From positions 1 to 64,000 of the forward strand of contig JAXLNO010005352.1 in the NCBI GenBank assembly GCA_038087875.1: a DNA stretch of 64,000 nt, written 5' to 3'. Position 1 is the first letter of the stretch, and every line of letters starts with the position of its first letter. The position numbers and the translations under genes are program-made. This DNA is from Malacoraja senta. Lineage: Eukaryota. The notes beneath the pieces were generated by a model. The model did no database searches. It saw only the letters and a list, made by a program, of their open reading frames with translations, and was not told the DNA's origin. Below are positions 1 to 12,509 of this stretch, piece by piece.

Positions 1-254
1 GTCTCTGAAATTCTACTTTCATATCAGCCAACCACCAACGTTGGCAGCGCGTTCCAGGCACTCACCACCCTCTGTGTGAAAATAAAAACTTGCCCCACAG
101 ATATCCTTTAAACTTAGCCCCTCATACCTTAAAGCTAGTATTTGATTTTTCCAACCTGAGAAAAAGATTGTCTCCACTAGCTATGCCTTTCAATTTTATA
201 TCCCTCTATAAGGTCTCCCCACAACCTCAGGCATTCCAGAGAAAACAATCCAGG

Positions 255-576
255 TTTTAGTTTAGTTATAAGAGATACTGCGCGGGAACAGGCCCTTCAG
301 CCCATTGGGTCCACGCCGACCAGCGATCCCCCCCCGCACATTAACACTATCCTGCACCCACTAGGGACAATTTTTACATTTACCAAGCCAATTAACCTAC
401 AAACCTGTATGTCTTTGGAGTGTGGGAGGAAACCGAAGATCTCGGGGAAAACCCACGCAGGTCACGGGGAGAACGTACAAACTCCGTACAGACAGCACCC
501 GTAGTCGGGATCGAACCCTGGTCTCCGGTGCTGCATTCGCTGTAAGGCAGCAACTCTACTGCTGCGCCACCGTGAC
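255..576 (-). mobile_element. Full-length tRNA-derived V-SINE (HE1-like) with CR1-type tail
   Basis: On the minus strand: A box TGGCGCAGCAG, B box GGTTCGATCC, V-domain GTTCTCCCCGTG...GGTTTCCTCCCACACTCCAAAGAC, tail GGGCCTGTT...(CTAAAA)n. Confidence 0.85.
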
Positions 577-599
577 CACCCAACCCCTCCCTGAACCGT

Positions 600-2300
600 A
601 TACGCTCTGATCCAGGTAAACTGCCACTGCACCCTTTCCAAAGCCCCAATCTTTCCTCACACTTGCTCAGATTAAATTCCATCTGCCATTTCCTCACTTG
701 TTTCTGTAGCTGATCTATATTCCGAGTAAATCCTATCCCAAACAATCTTCTCCAAAAGCTTTCCCACTACTGACTTGAGGCTCACTGACCTATAATTCCC
801 TGAATTTTCCCTATTTAAATAAAGGAACAACATTAGTTACTCTCCAGTCCTCCAGTATGTCACTTCTGGCTAGGGAAGATGCAAAGATCTTCGTCAAGGC
901 TTCTGCAATTTCCTCTCTTGCCTCTCTCAATAACCTAGGATATATCACATCAGGTCCTCGGTATTTAACCACTTTAATGGTTTAAGAACACCAACACCAC
1001 CTCCACCTTAATCTCAAGATGCCCTTGCATCCTAATATTGATTGAAAGGTTGGTTGAAAAAAATACAGCATGGAAACATGCCTTTTGGCCCATCTAGTCC
1101 ATGGCGATCATCTAACACCCATTTACACTAGTTCTATATTATCTCACTTTTGCATCCACTCCCGACACACTAAGGGCAATTTACGGAGGCCAATTAACCT
1201 ATTCTCCGCACTTATCGCACTACCCTCCAAGTCTTTTTATTGGTAAAAAAAGATGCAAAGTACCCATTTAGGACCTCACCTCCCTCCCCAGACACCTCGC
1301 ACAAATTCCCTTCTTGATCCTTGAACAGTCCTACTATCTACATGATTACCATCTTGTTTGTAATATAACATTGGGATTTTCTTTAATCCAACTTGCCAAA
1401 GGCATTTCATGGGCCCTTTTGGGTCCTTATAAATGCCTGCTTGAGTTCTTTCCTCCTTTCTTTATATTTCCTTTTTCTTATTGACCAAATTTATCCTCCT
1501 TACTGGAACATGCTGGTTCTGACTTTTGACCAACTGGTCTTTAAATGACTCCCACGTCAGATATAGACTTGCCCAATAGCAATTGCTCCCAGTGTACTCA
1601 CCAGAACTCCTGCCTAATTACTCCAATTTAGGTAATTTAACCCCTGCAAGGTTCAGCTTCTCTAGAATCAAAACAATCATAAAAGTAATGGAGTTGTGAT
1701 CAGAATACCCAAAAGGCTCTTCCACTAAAACACCAGTCACCTGGTTAGGCTCATTTCCCAACTCAAGGTCCGATATTTTTCCTTGTCAGGTTGGACTATC
1801 CACATACTGTTTCAAGAAACTCTTTGATACACCTCACATATTCTGCCCCATCCAAGGCCCTGTTGCTTTTGCATCTTTCCATAATTTGTTTGCATATCCG
1901 TTCCCCTGTCTCCCGCTTGCTATTGGGGGCTTATAGTACAATCGCATTAGTGTGCTTGCACCTTCCTTATTTATAAGCCCTACCCATACTGCCTCAGCGG
2001 ACAAACTCTCCAGTTCCTCCGAGTGCTGCCGTGACAGTCTTCCTGCAAATCCTCCACCTCTTTGCCTCCCTCTCGATCATGCCTGAAACGTTGAAATGCC
2101 GGAACATTGAGCTGCTAGTCATGTCCCTCTTGCAACCACATTTTTGCAATGGCTACAATATCATTGTCTGAAGCACCAACCTAGGCTCTTAAGTTAGTCT
2201 ATTTTCTCTGTAATATTCCTTGCATTTAAATAAACACACTTCTGCTTTTCAGCATCACCATATTCTTTCCAAACCCTGCTTCTCCCTGCCTATCCTTCCT
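600..2300 (-). mobile_element. Degraded CR1 LINE fragments (host site of the Tc1 insertion)
   Basis: Remnants such as KWQMEFNLSKCE and typical CR1 ORF2 nucleotide motifs; many stops. Confidence 0.6.
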
Positions 2301-2311
2301 TTTAAGACTTA

Positions 2312-3924
2312 CAGTGGCTTGCAAAAGTTTTCATACCCCTTGAACTTTTCCACATTTTGTCACGTTACAACCACAAACGTAAATGTATTTTATTGGGATT
2401 TTATGTGATAGACCAACATAAAGTGGTGCATATTTGTGAAGTGGAAGGAAAATGATACATGTTTTTCAAATTTTTTTACAAATAAAAAACTGAAAAGTGT
2501 TGTGTGCAAAAGTATTCAGCCCCCCTGAGTCAATACTTTGTAGAACCATCTTTCGCTGCAATTACAGCTGCAAGTCTTTTGGGGTATGTCTCTGCCAGCT
2601 TTGCACATCTAGAGACTGAAATTTTTGCCCATTCTTCTTTGCAAAATAGCTCAAGCTCAGTCAGATTGGATGGAGAGCGTCTGTGAACAGCAATTTTCAA
2701 GTCTTGCCAGAGATTCTCAATTGGATTTAGGTCTGGACTTTGACTGGGCCATTCTAACACATGAATATGCTTTGATCTAAACCATTCCATTGTAGCTCTG
2801 GCTGTATGTTTAGGGTCGTTGTCCTGCTGGAAGGTGAACCTCCGCCCCAGTCTCAAGTCTTTTGCAGACTCTAACAGGTTTTCTTCCAAGATTGCCCTGT
2901 ATTTGGCTCCATCCATCTTCCCATCAACTCTGACCAGCTTTCCTGTCCTTGCTGAAGAAAAGCATTCCCACAGCATGATGCTGCCACCACCATGTTTCAC
3001 AGTGGGGATGGTGTGTTCAGGGTGATGTGCAGTGTTAGGTTTCCGCCACACATAGCGTTTTGCATTTAGGCCAAAAACTTCAATTTTGGTCTCATCTGAC
3101 CAGAGCACCTTCCTCCACATGTTTGCTGTGTCCCCCACATGGCTTGTGGCAAACTGCAAACGGGACGTCTTATGGCTTTTTTTCAACAATGGCTTTCTTC
3201 TTGCCACTCTTCCATAAAGGCCCGATTTGTGGAGTGCACGACTAATAGTTGTCCTGTGGACAGATTCTCCCACCTGAGCTGTGGATCTCTGCAGCTCCTC
3301 CAGAGTCACCATGGGCCTCTTGGCTGCTTCTCTGATCAATGCTCTCCTTGCCCGGCCTGTCAGTTTAGGTGGACGGCCATGTCTTGGTAGGTTTGCAGTT
3401 GTGCCATACTCTTTCCATTTTCGGATGATGGATTGAACAGTGCTCCGTGAGATGTTCAAAGCTTGGGATATTTGTTTATAACCTAACCTTGCTTTAAACT
3501 TCTCCACAACTTTATCCCTGACCTGTCTGGTGTGTTCCTTGGGCTTCATGATGCTGTTTGTTCACTAATGTTCTCTAACCTCTGAGGCCTTCACAGAACA
3601 GCTGTATTTATACTGAGATTAGATTACACACAAGTGGACTCTATTTACTAATTAGGTGACTTCTGAAGGCAATTGGTTGCACTGGATTTTATTTAGGGGT
3701 ATCAGAGTAAAGGGGGCTGAATACTTTTGCACGCGACACTTTTCAGTTTTTTATTTGTAAAAAAATTTGAAAACCATGTATCATTTTCCTTCCACTTCAC
3801 AATTATGCGCCACTTTGTGTTGGTCTATCTTATAAAATCCCAATAAAATACATTTACGTTTGTGGTTGTAACGTGACAAAATGTGGAAAAGTTCAAGGGG
3901 TATGAATACTTTTGCAAGCCACTG
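2312..3924 (-). mobile_element. Full-length Tc1/mariner DNA transposon (Passport-like, IR/DR type), 1613 bp
   Basis: About 213-bp terminal inverted repeats (2312-2525 and 3712-3924) starting CAGTGGCTTGCAAAAG, with inner direct repeats GCAAAAGTATTCA; TA target duplication on both sides. Confidence 0.97.
2530..3549 (-). CDS. Tc1-family DD34E transposase, 339 aa, open reading frame
   Basis: Paired-like HTH, GRPPK linker, WSDETK, QQDNDPKH and SPDLNPIE motifs; 34 residues between the second D and the E. Confidence 0.96.
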   Translation of the reverse strand: MKPKEHTRQVRDKVVEKFKARLGYKQISQALNISRSTVQSIIRKWKEYGTTANLPRHGRPPKLTGRARRALIREAAKRPMVTLEELQRSTAQVGESVHRTTISRALHKSGLYGRVARRKPLLKKSHKTSRLQFATSHVGDTANMWRKVLWSDETKIEVFGLNAKRYVWRKPNTAHHPEHTIPTVKHGGGSIMLWECFSSARTGKLVRVDGKMDGAKYRAILEENLLESAKDLRLGRRFTFQQDNDPKHTARATMEWFRSKHIHVLEWPSQSPDLNPIENLWQDLKIAVHRRSPSNLTELELFCKEEWAKISVSRCAKLAETYPKRLAAVIAAKDGSTKY

Positions 3925-4127
3925 TATTGGTCCTAACCTCTACCTTCCTATTACTCTCTCCAGTTTCTAACCTAATACTAGGTACCCATCCGACTGCCTC
4001 TCTCTAGTTTAAATTTTAATCTTAACAATTTTTTTCTCTTACCATTTTCTCTTCTGAGAAGCACCTTGACGCGCCAACTATATGGAGGAAGGAGCTATGT
4101 ACAGACAAGGTAACAAGTTGAACTTAC

Positions 4128-4373
4128 CATAGAAGTGTCCAAATCCCATGCTGAAAGCAATAACCAGTGCAAGTAAAATGCATTTATTCAGAGTGGTATT
4201 GAATCGATGCTGCTGCTGCTGTTCTCCATCCACCACATCCTCCTCTGGTTTTTCCTCTGCTTCAGAAGAAGATAGGGTTCTTTTTCGAATGCGTCGTCTC
4301 CGCAGAGTTGGGCTGGAATTACCACTGGTTTCATCGCTACTCGATTCATTCATGCTTCCTTCCATTGCAGATA
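4128..4373 (-). CDS. CCPG1: CCPG1 coding exon 5 (basic stretch plus transmembrane helix); the gene continues beyond the left edge of the window
   Basis: Translates VSAMEGSMNESSSDETSGNSSPTLRRRRIRKRTLSSSE...[22 protein letters not shown], matching vertebrate CCPG1 (ESSSDETS...RRRR...[22 protein letters not shown]). Acceptor AG at 4374-4375, donor GT at 4126-4127; phase 1 fits the upstream exon. Confidence 0.95.
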
Positions 4374-6450
4374 CTAAAATAGAAAAACATTATAAAGATT
4401 ACGCAGTCCTCTTATAATCTGTGCATTATAGTGCATCTATGATTATTAAAGATTTATGACAAGTTAATGAAACAATACATCAGATATGCCATGATCGATT
4501 TGCAGAGCTGATTCGATGGACCGAATGGCCTATTTCTGCTCCAACCTCTTATAAAAAGGGATATGAAGGGAAAAAAAAGACTGCACTTCTATTTGATTCC
4601 AAACCTAACCCAACACTCCATGAAAGAGATTAATGAAGATTCTGTGTAACATGTTGGATCAGGTTGTCATTGTATTAGTCGACTGTGAACCAGACCTTTT
4701 AGAAGCCAGTCATTCAGAAGAGAATAAAGGGATACTTATGTGGCACACCACTGCAACAACAACTAGATGCCCTGGAATCTCACAGCAAGTAGAGGGATTG
4801 CTCTGCAAATATCCACTGATGTTCCATGCAGAAAGTAGATCATTTATACATTTAGCCAGCCTCTTTGATTTCTCTTTTAATGTAGAAATCTGGAAATTTC
4901 CCCCCTTTTCACCCTACATACAAAATGCTCTTTAAGAAAAAGCAATAACACAAGAAAAAATATTTAGACTAAATATCTTACTACAAATTTGCATGGGAGC
5001 AAATATTTGACAACATTTTTTTTTAAGCAACAAAGCAGCACATCCATTGAGGAAAATAACTTCCTTCCTCCCAGTGGTTTACTTTGCCCTCTAAAAGATT
5101 TGAGGGGGGGGGGGGTGGTGGCAATGGTGGTTGGAGTGAATTATAATTACATATGTGAAGATTTGAAGTACCAAACTACACAGTGGCTGGCTTAATAGAC
5201 AAGTTAGGCAAAGCTGACCAAGAAAGATAGGTCTCAAAAGTAAGTTTCAAAGGGAAATTTCAAAATTATTATGAAACGGCTAGTGGATTATTGGAACAAA
5301 TTGCAGAGTGCAGGAGTTGACAGCACAAGGTTTTCCAATGCACAGTGGATCCCTGGGGCTTGAGGGGAAACAGCACGGCAGTTATTACGATGCAAATGCA
5401 CCAAGATCATTTGTAAACAAAGGCAAGGGCATGAAATGTATTCGTTGGTTGTGAAAGCAGAAGGTGGATATGTTAAGTGGATGAGGTTGGAAGATTATAG
5501 GACTGAAACCATAAATCACTAAAACAAGCATAAGATCAGCAATTTAGAGCATAATACAAAATATTTGTCCACTTCAACCAATTTGTCCATAAGATGAGAT
5601 CCGTCTGAAGAAGAGTCCCGACCCAAAACACTGTCTGTCTATTTCCCTCCACAGATGCTGCTTGACCCGTCGAGATCCTTGAGCAGTTTGTTTTTTGCTT
5701 AAGATTCTAGCATCTGCAGTCTTTTATGTCTCAAGCAGAAGTTGTGGCAACTCGAGTTAGACACTAGGTTGATAGAATTGGAGGCATTCCAGTGATCAGT
5801 TATGTTCCAGAGTGGGGGTGGAAGACAGACAATTGGCATTTCAGGAGGTGGCAATAAGTAGTTTGACCTCGAGTTCAGTTCAGGATTGAGGACATAGATT
5901 TTGCAGTTCAGCAGGAGGAGAGTTGAGAGATGGAACTGGATACAAGGGCCCATAATTTGTTATCATTAAATTTTAATAGAATGGTTTTGATTAGCTGTAG
6001 TGGGTCATGTTAAAAAAAAAACCATCAACATCACTACTTATGCTGGATAGGCGACGCAGCTTGGTGCAATCTGATCATGCCACTGGGAAAATCACACTGC
6101 CAGACAGATAGATGCGCGCTCCTTTGATTAATAACTCAATTTTAAATGTTCTGAAATCTCACAAAGCTGTTTCAGCATATTTTCTTTCACACTAACTTGA
6201 AAAATAATACATATCTTTAGTCCAGATAATTAAATATTTTGAAAAAAAACTATAATTTAAACAGGAATACTGAAAAATTCATAAATAAGAGATCATAATA
6301 CAAATAAATATTTTCATCGTCCAATAATAAGCAACAATCAATTTTCCTGGATGAAAAGCTGAGGTCAGAACACTAACCTGAAATATGCTTTGTAATGGAA
6401 AATTGTTACATTCGTTTGAGGGATGAGTGCATTGCTAACAAGGTCAGTGG

Positions 6451-7710
6451 TTTGTATAGGAAGGAACTGCAGATGCTGGTTTAAATCAAATATAGACACA
6501 AAATGCTGGAGTAACTCAGCGGGACATGCAGCATCTCTGGAGAGAAGGAATGGGTGACGTTTTGGGTCAAAACTCTTCTTCAGATGTCAGGGGAGAGGGA
6601 CTTACATAGATAAGGAAGTGTATAGATAAGGAAGGGTAAGGTGTGAAAACAGGACAAAGGGAATTCAGATCAGAAAATGTAGAATAAATCATTGTTAGTT
6701 GGGACAAAGTAACAACAAAGCAGAGATAAAATGTAGAGACAGTAAAGGGCCTGTTGCACTTGCATGCGATTGCATGCGTTTGGCGCGACCAAACGGAAGC
6801 GGAGTTCGCGGTAAGATCGCGCTAGACGTAATTTGCATCATACTTACCAATCAGCTGGGCAGGAGGCAGGCCGACTGAATTTGGACGTCGCACGGCGTCG
6901 GGCGGTGACGTCATCACGCAATGCCACGCGGTGACGTCATCGCTCAACATCACACGCTAGGCGTACGCCGTCAAGACGCTGCGTACAATGTCAAGACGCT
7001 GCGTACGCCCTCAATGCGCCTGCGGGCTGATAGGCCGTTGGCGCGCGAAATTTTCGGACAGTGCGGGATTTTCAGAGCCCCGCGCGATGTCGGGACCAGC
7101 CCCGCACAACTCCATACGCCTCCGCGGTTGGAAGTGGGACCGGCCCCGCGCGGCCCGTACGCCTCAAGCGACCGCATTTGGTCGCGCCAGACGCATGCAA
7201 TCGCATGCAAGTGGGACAGGCCCTTTAGATTGGTCAGAGAACTGGGAAGGAATGGAGAGAGAGGAAAAGCAAGGGTTACTTGAAGTTAGAGAGGTCAATG
7301 TTCATACCGCTGGGGTACAAGTTACTCAAGCGAAATATGAGGTGCTGTTCCTCCAATTTGCGCTGGGCCTCACTCTGACAATGGAGGAGGCCCAAAACAG
7401 AAAGATCAGTGTGGGAATGGGAGGGGGAGTTAAAGTGTTTAGCAGCCGGGAGATCAGGTAGGTTTAGGCAGACTGAGTGGAGGTGTTCAGCGAAACGATC
7501 GCCAAGCCTGTGCTTGGTCTCACCCATATACAGGAGTCCACACCTGGAACAGCAGATACAGTAGATGAGGTTGGAGGAGGTGCAAGTGAACCTCTGCCTC
7601 ACCTGAAAAGACTGTCGGGATCCTTGGACGGGGTGGAGGGGGGACGTGTAGGGACAGGTGTTGCATCTCCTGCGGATGCTGGGGAAAGTACCTGGGGCGC
7701 TGGTGGTGTT
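6451..7710 (-). mobile_element. 5'-truncated Penelope-like retroelement (GIY-YIG endonuclease end plus 3' terminal repeat)
   Basis: ORF 7276-7731 has CNTC...NLIYCICCSRCGLLYMGETKHRLGDRFAEH...HFNSPSH...LEEQHLIFRL...GMN, the GIY-YIG of Penelope-like elements. Flanked by 9-bp direct repeat GGTCAGTGG (6442-6450 and 7711-7719). Confidence 0.9.
6746..7224. mobile_element. CpG-rich MITE, PIF/Harbinger-like, nested in the Penelope-like element
   Basis: About 47-bp TIRs AGGGCCTGT(TG/CC)CACTTGCATGCGATTGCATGCGT.TGGCGCGACCAAA, flanked by TAA and TTA; no coding capacity. Confidence 0.85.
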
Positions 7711-10700
7711 GGTCAGTGGATTATTGTTCATCCACGATGTATCTTCGAACCACTTTTTTAAAATTGCGAGTCATTGTAAAGTCCCTCAAATGTTGTTGGA
7801 TAAATGGTTCCCTATTTCCACCTATTTCCAATGACTATTCAATCACACTTCTTATAGACAATGGAAAGTCTTTGTGGTCTCAGAACTCAATTCATTTAAT
7901 AATCCATCTCTCATCAGCTAATATGGCTACACTATTTCTGCACCCATCGCCTTTCTTAGTTAATAGCGACCCACTTGGATAGTGATGGTAATGCTGCTGA
8001 ATATAAATTCGTAGTCAGGCTCAACAGCAACAAACTGTTGGTTAAACTTAGGTGGTCGTGCAGCACCTGTGGATGGAAAGGAATGGTGGACATTTTGGGT
8101 CAAAACCGTGCAGCGGGGCACGGCCTGCCTTGCTGGAAGATGGTCAATACCAGAGACTTATGAGATACAAACATTCACACTTGAATGTTGCCTGATCTCA
8201 CTTCATAAACATGAGCTTCTTCATTCTCGGAGGAAATGCAAATGGAACTGCACACTACAATCAGCAATAAACTATTTCTGATCTGATGAAGGTGGGAAAG
8301 TATTTGATAAAGTAGTGGATAATAAAATAGTTTATCCCAGGAAATCACCTTCAGCACCTTCATAGCAGTGATGTATGTACTGGAGGGTTTGATTATTTGC
8401 CTCCAACAATCATCTTCCCAGATGTCGGATGTGTGACACCTGCTAGTGTTTCAGCAATTCAATTTTTAATTTAATTTTAAAGCCTTATAATAAATTTGCT
8501 TAAATTTTAAATAGTTCTCTGCTATAACCAAGTTCAGTCTCAAATATCCAAAATGCTTGAAGTCTGAAATAAACACATTGTAATAATGCTGCAAAATGTT
8601 CAAAAGGGCAGTCATCCATGTTAGGAGGAGTTAGCAATTCAGAGCAATGACCTGCCAGAGTTCTCACATATTTCTTCAGACGGGGCTAGGCTGCAACTTT
8701 CCGAAACACTGGCTCAGCTGCACTTGGAGTAATGTGCAGAGCTTTGGTCACTGTGCTTTACAAAAAGTTTGATTGCAAGGGAGAAAGTGCAGAGGAGATT
8801 CACCAGAAGCTCACCTGAAGTGGAGAATTTTAGTTATGGGGTAAGATTGGATTGGCTGGGTTTGTTTTCCCTGGAAGGAAGGGGCTGAGGGGTGACCAGA
8901 TAGAGGTACAGAAAATTATAAGAGGGATAGATAGGGTACATTGTCAGAATCAACAGAAATTGGTTCACCATATTTAAGTTTTATAACATATAGGTTGCAT
9001 CACATAAAATTAAACTTGCTACACCATTTGAAACTTTTATTTTCAAAATGTACGTGGTTGGGTTAAAGACAGAGGTGGACTTTAATGCCACCGAGGGGAG
9101 AAGGAAACCCACAGAATGTGCCTAATTCTGCTAGTTCTCCTATTTGAAGTGCACGACTTCGCAAAGGAGCAGAACTTGGTCACTTTTCCACAAGAGAAAA
9201 TCAAGTTCCTCTAGACAGGAGAAAATCAAGCTTTTTTTAGAAAGGAATCAAAGAGCAATTAAGTGGTCTTTTGGAACAGTGGTTCTCCATCCATTTCGAT
9301 AAAAGGTGTCAAAGGCCACTCATTTTAAGGAGCTGGGAGGTTTCCAGGGACCACTAGTATCCCGAAAGCTGGGGTAGCCAAGATGCTGAGTAAAAAACAA
9401 AGTGCTGGAGGAACTCAGCGGGTAGGGTATCATCTGTGGAGGAAAATGGACAGAAAATGTTTTGGGTCAGGATCCTTCTTCAGACTGCAAGTGTATCTTT
9501 TATTTCCTGTGTACTTACTAAGTAAACTTCCTTAACAGGGTAACATAGAGATGTGACAGGTAGTGCATCTGTCTCACAGCTCCTGTGACCAGGGTCTGAT
9601 TTTGACCTCTGGTGCTGTTTGTGTGGAGTTTGCATGTTCTCCCTGTGACGACAGGGTTCCCCACACGAATACTCTAGTTTTCTTCCAAACCCAGTGTTTG
9701 GATGTAACATTAATTGGCAACTGTAAAATAGCCCTATTATAGGTAACTCGTAAGATAGAATAAGTTACAAGGATCTAAGTGGGAGAGTGGGATTATTATG
9801 ATTGTTCTTAAAGCCTTAATAGACTTAGTGGACCAAAAGACTCCCTCTGGTGTAAGAATATATGCAAATATAAAACTATAAGAAATATCAACATTATCTG
9901 CCATAAGCTTTGGCACCAACTAAGGTGTCAAGAACTCAGCATGGGAGCCATTCAAGCAGCTAGACAAAACATCCTGACATAATACTAACTACTTAACAAC
10001 TCCCCTATTTTTGAAGTACACCGTGGCAACTCAGAGGTCACGTTGCTTTTTTTTAGAAATAAATGTTCATAAGCTCCCAGAAGTTAGAAATGACAGGAAT
10101 AAAACAGGGTGTCCATTAGGAAATAAGCAAGTGTATTTGAATCTGCAAAAAACAGACATTTGTATTTATTGCCAAGAACTTAGCCTGAAGAATTATATCG
10201 GTATAAAGCTGTGGTTTTAGCATAACATCAAACTAAACAATAGGACCAATAGAGGCAATGTTTTGTTATGCTCGGTGACCCAGAACAAAGGGAGAAAATA
10301 CATAAATCTGTATCCAGGTCAGCTCTGTGAGTGAAGCTTGGTATAGCTAACACATTCACCTCAATAACAGTGAATTTACAAACAAGTTTTTTTTTTGATT
10401 GCTTATAAATCGGTTTTTAAGCATTCATTATGCTTAGCTTCAGTTTTGGTCAATCATCTTAAAAAGTTGTCAATTCAAAGATCCAAATTAGTTGCAATAT
10501 AACTAAAATGTATTCAATGTGTACAGAATTACCATTAGTTTGAATGTCAAAGGCAAAGTATCTGTTATTAGAATAAAGCAATTGTCTTTTAAACTCAATA
10601 AACGGGTACGGTATTTAATAAATTAAGTTATGAATTGAAGTTAAAATTGTGAAATCTACCCCTACTCAAATATCTTCAATGCAGTTTTAACTTATTGACA

Positions 10701-10752
10701 AGAAAAATCATTACCTTGCACTCAAGCTGCACTTTAAATAACCTGTTCTTAC

Positions 10753-10963
10753 CAGTTTCGGGAGGAGCAAAAGTATACTGGCTGCTGGAGGACGAGCCAA
10801 GGTTCAATTCATCGTCATTTATGTGTTCTGTTTCTGCATCTTCGGTTGCTTCTTGAATAGTCTGAAGATCTTCCACAGGTGGTGACTCAAGGGTAACAAT
10901 ATCGGAATCATCACTGGTTGCACCAACAAAAGTACTGTCATCAGCCAATTCTTCTTTTGGTGC
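10753..10963 (-). CDS. CCPG1: CCPG1 coding exon 4 (FIP200-interacting region 2)
   Basis: APKEELADDSTFVGATSDDSDIVTLESPP...LNLGSSSSSQYTFAPPET; SDDSDIVTLE and GSSSSSQYTF are CCPG1 hallmarks. AG/GT boundaries, 211 nt, phase 0 to 1. Confidence 0.95.
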
Positions 10964-12426
10964 CTAGTTAAAAACAACATGGAAACAAGTTGTTAGTTTT
11001 TTTTAAAAAGGAAAAATTTTGTTTTCATGGCAATTCAAGTCAAATCCATAAAATGCAACCTACACTAAAAATGCACATTTCACAATTAGGAATGTTTCTC
11101 AGAAATTATATCACGTAAATTTGAAATACATTATAAAGATTTTGGCATTCAACAAGGTTTTACTGTCTACCCTCAAAATGTTCAAGAGTTTTATATCCGG
11201 AAGTTAACCCTATTGCCTTTCAGTAAAACAGCAATCTTTTAAACCCAATCCCATTTAGAATGCTTTGACTTCTGAAGCGATAAGTGATTCCCAAAGTTGA
11301 GTGGAATTCCAAAACTGCATTGGAAATAGATGGCTGCGAGTATGTATAGTTCAAGATATTAAGTGATTTTCAATAGTATCCTCTGCTGAAAAACATACAT
11401 CAAGATGAAAATAATTTTCAGTCCAGTTATAAGATGTGCACCTAAACCTAACTCTATTGATTATCTCAAATAAATCTTTAACTCTTGAATAAGAAAGTTT
11501 AAAAAACATGAAATACAACTGAGGTTTTCACATTTTCAATTATTATTTGGCAGCATCAAGCTGGCTCCCTTGCCTCTGAAATCTTAAATATACATCAGCC
11601 TTCAGATCCATACTGCATAAATGGCTTTCTCTGCATATCAGGTGACAAGAACACACCGTTCAACCGATAAATATGAAGCAAATGGATAAAATGAATAATT
11701 CTGTCTCCTTGGCAACAAACAGCCAGGTGCAGTCGCCTCATTTTTAATTATGTCAAAGCAGGCCTCATCTCAACTCAAATTTGCTTTATTGTGTTCATAA
11801 GGAATACGAGTAGAATTAGACCCTTTGGCCCATCACATCTATTCTGCCATTCAATCATGGCTGATCTATCTCTCCCTCCTAACACCATTCTCCTGCCTTC
11901 TCCCCATAACCTCTGACACCTGTACTAATCATTTGTCATGTTGGTCCATGATATTGATTGGGTCTCATCTGAACAAAACAATATTTTACACCAAGGATAT
12001 TCAATGGAAATCTGGAATACTAAGCATTCACATGTTTAGACACCAAATGTTTAATAATTAAAAAACATCATGTTACCCATTAGAATTTCTAGGCCACTGA
12101 AAATGCCCCAAAAGCCAACTCCAAAGAAAATATCTCCAAAAGAGAAAGGCTGTGACAAAAAGGTTATATACACAATAACTTCTGATGAAATCAAATATTA
12201 CAAGGAACATTTTAAGGTTTGTGTAAATTAGAAAAGCAGTGGATTCATAATTAATTAGCCAATCCACAGTTATTTCTTTATTTTAGAATCAAATTTCTGG
12301 CGACACTTTACAAATGTTAATGATTCCAACATTATTATTTAAAGAGCAACCAGTTATTACCAACCAACCATCCAATTGAATACTGCAAATGCAAGTTCAT
12401 TAAAGGCAATTTGACTAGGAGCTCAC

Positions 12427-12509
12427 CTTAGGTTCCAATTCCTTTTCCTCAGATGCAATTGAAGCACTGAGATTTTCCACTTTGGGCTCTATGTACTCAC
12501 TGCCTTTTG
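12427..12509 (-). CDS. CCPG1: CCPG1 coding exon 3
   Basis: 83-nt open exon (AKGSEYIEPKVENLSASIASEEKELEPK) with tttgctttgcag acceptor and AAG/gtgagc donor. Phase 1 to 0 exactly bridges the neighbouring exons; sequence itself is poorly conserved. Confidence 0.75.

Noticed and set aside
6921-7461. 120-157-aa plus-strand ORFs
   Set aside because: Chance frames across the GC-rich MITE and the antisense strand of the Penelope ORF.
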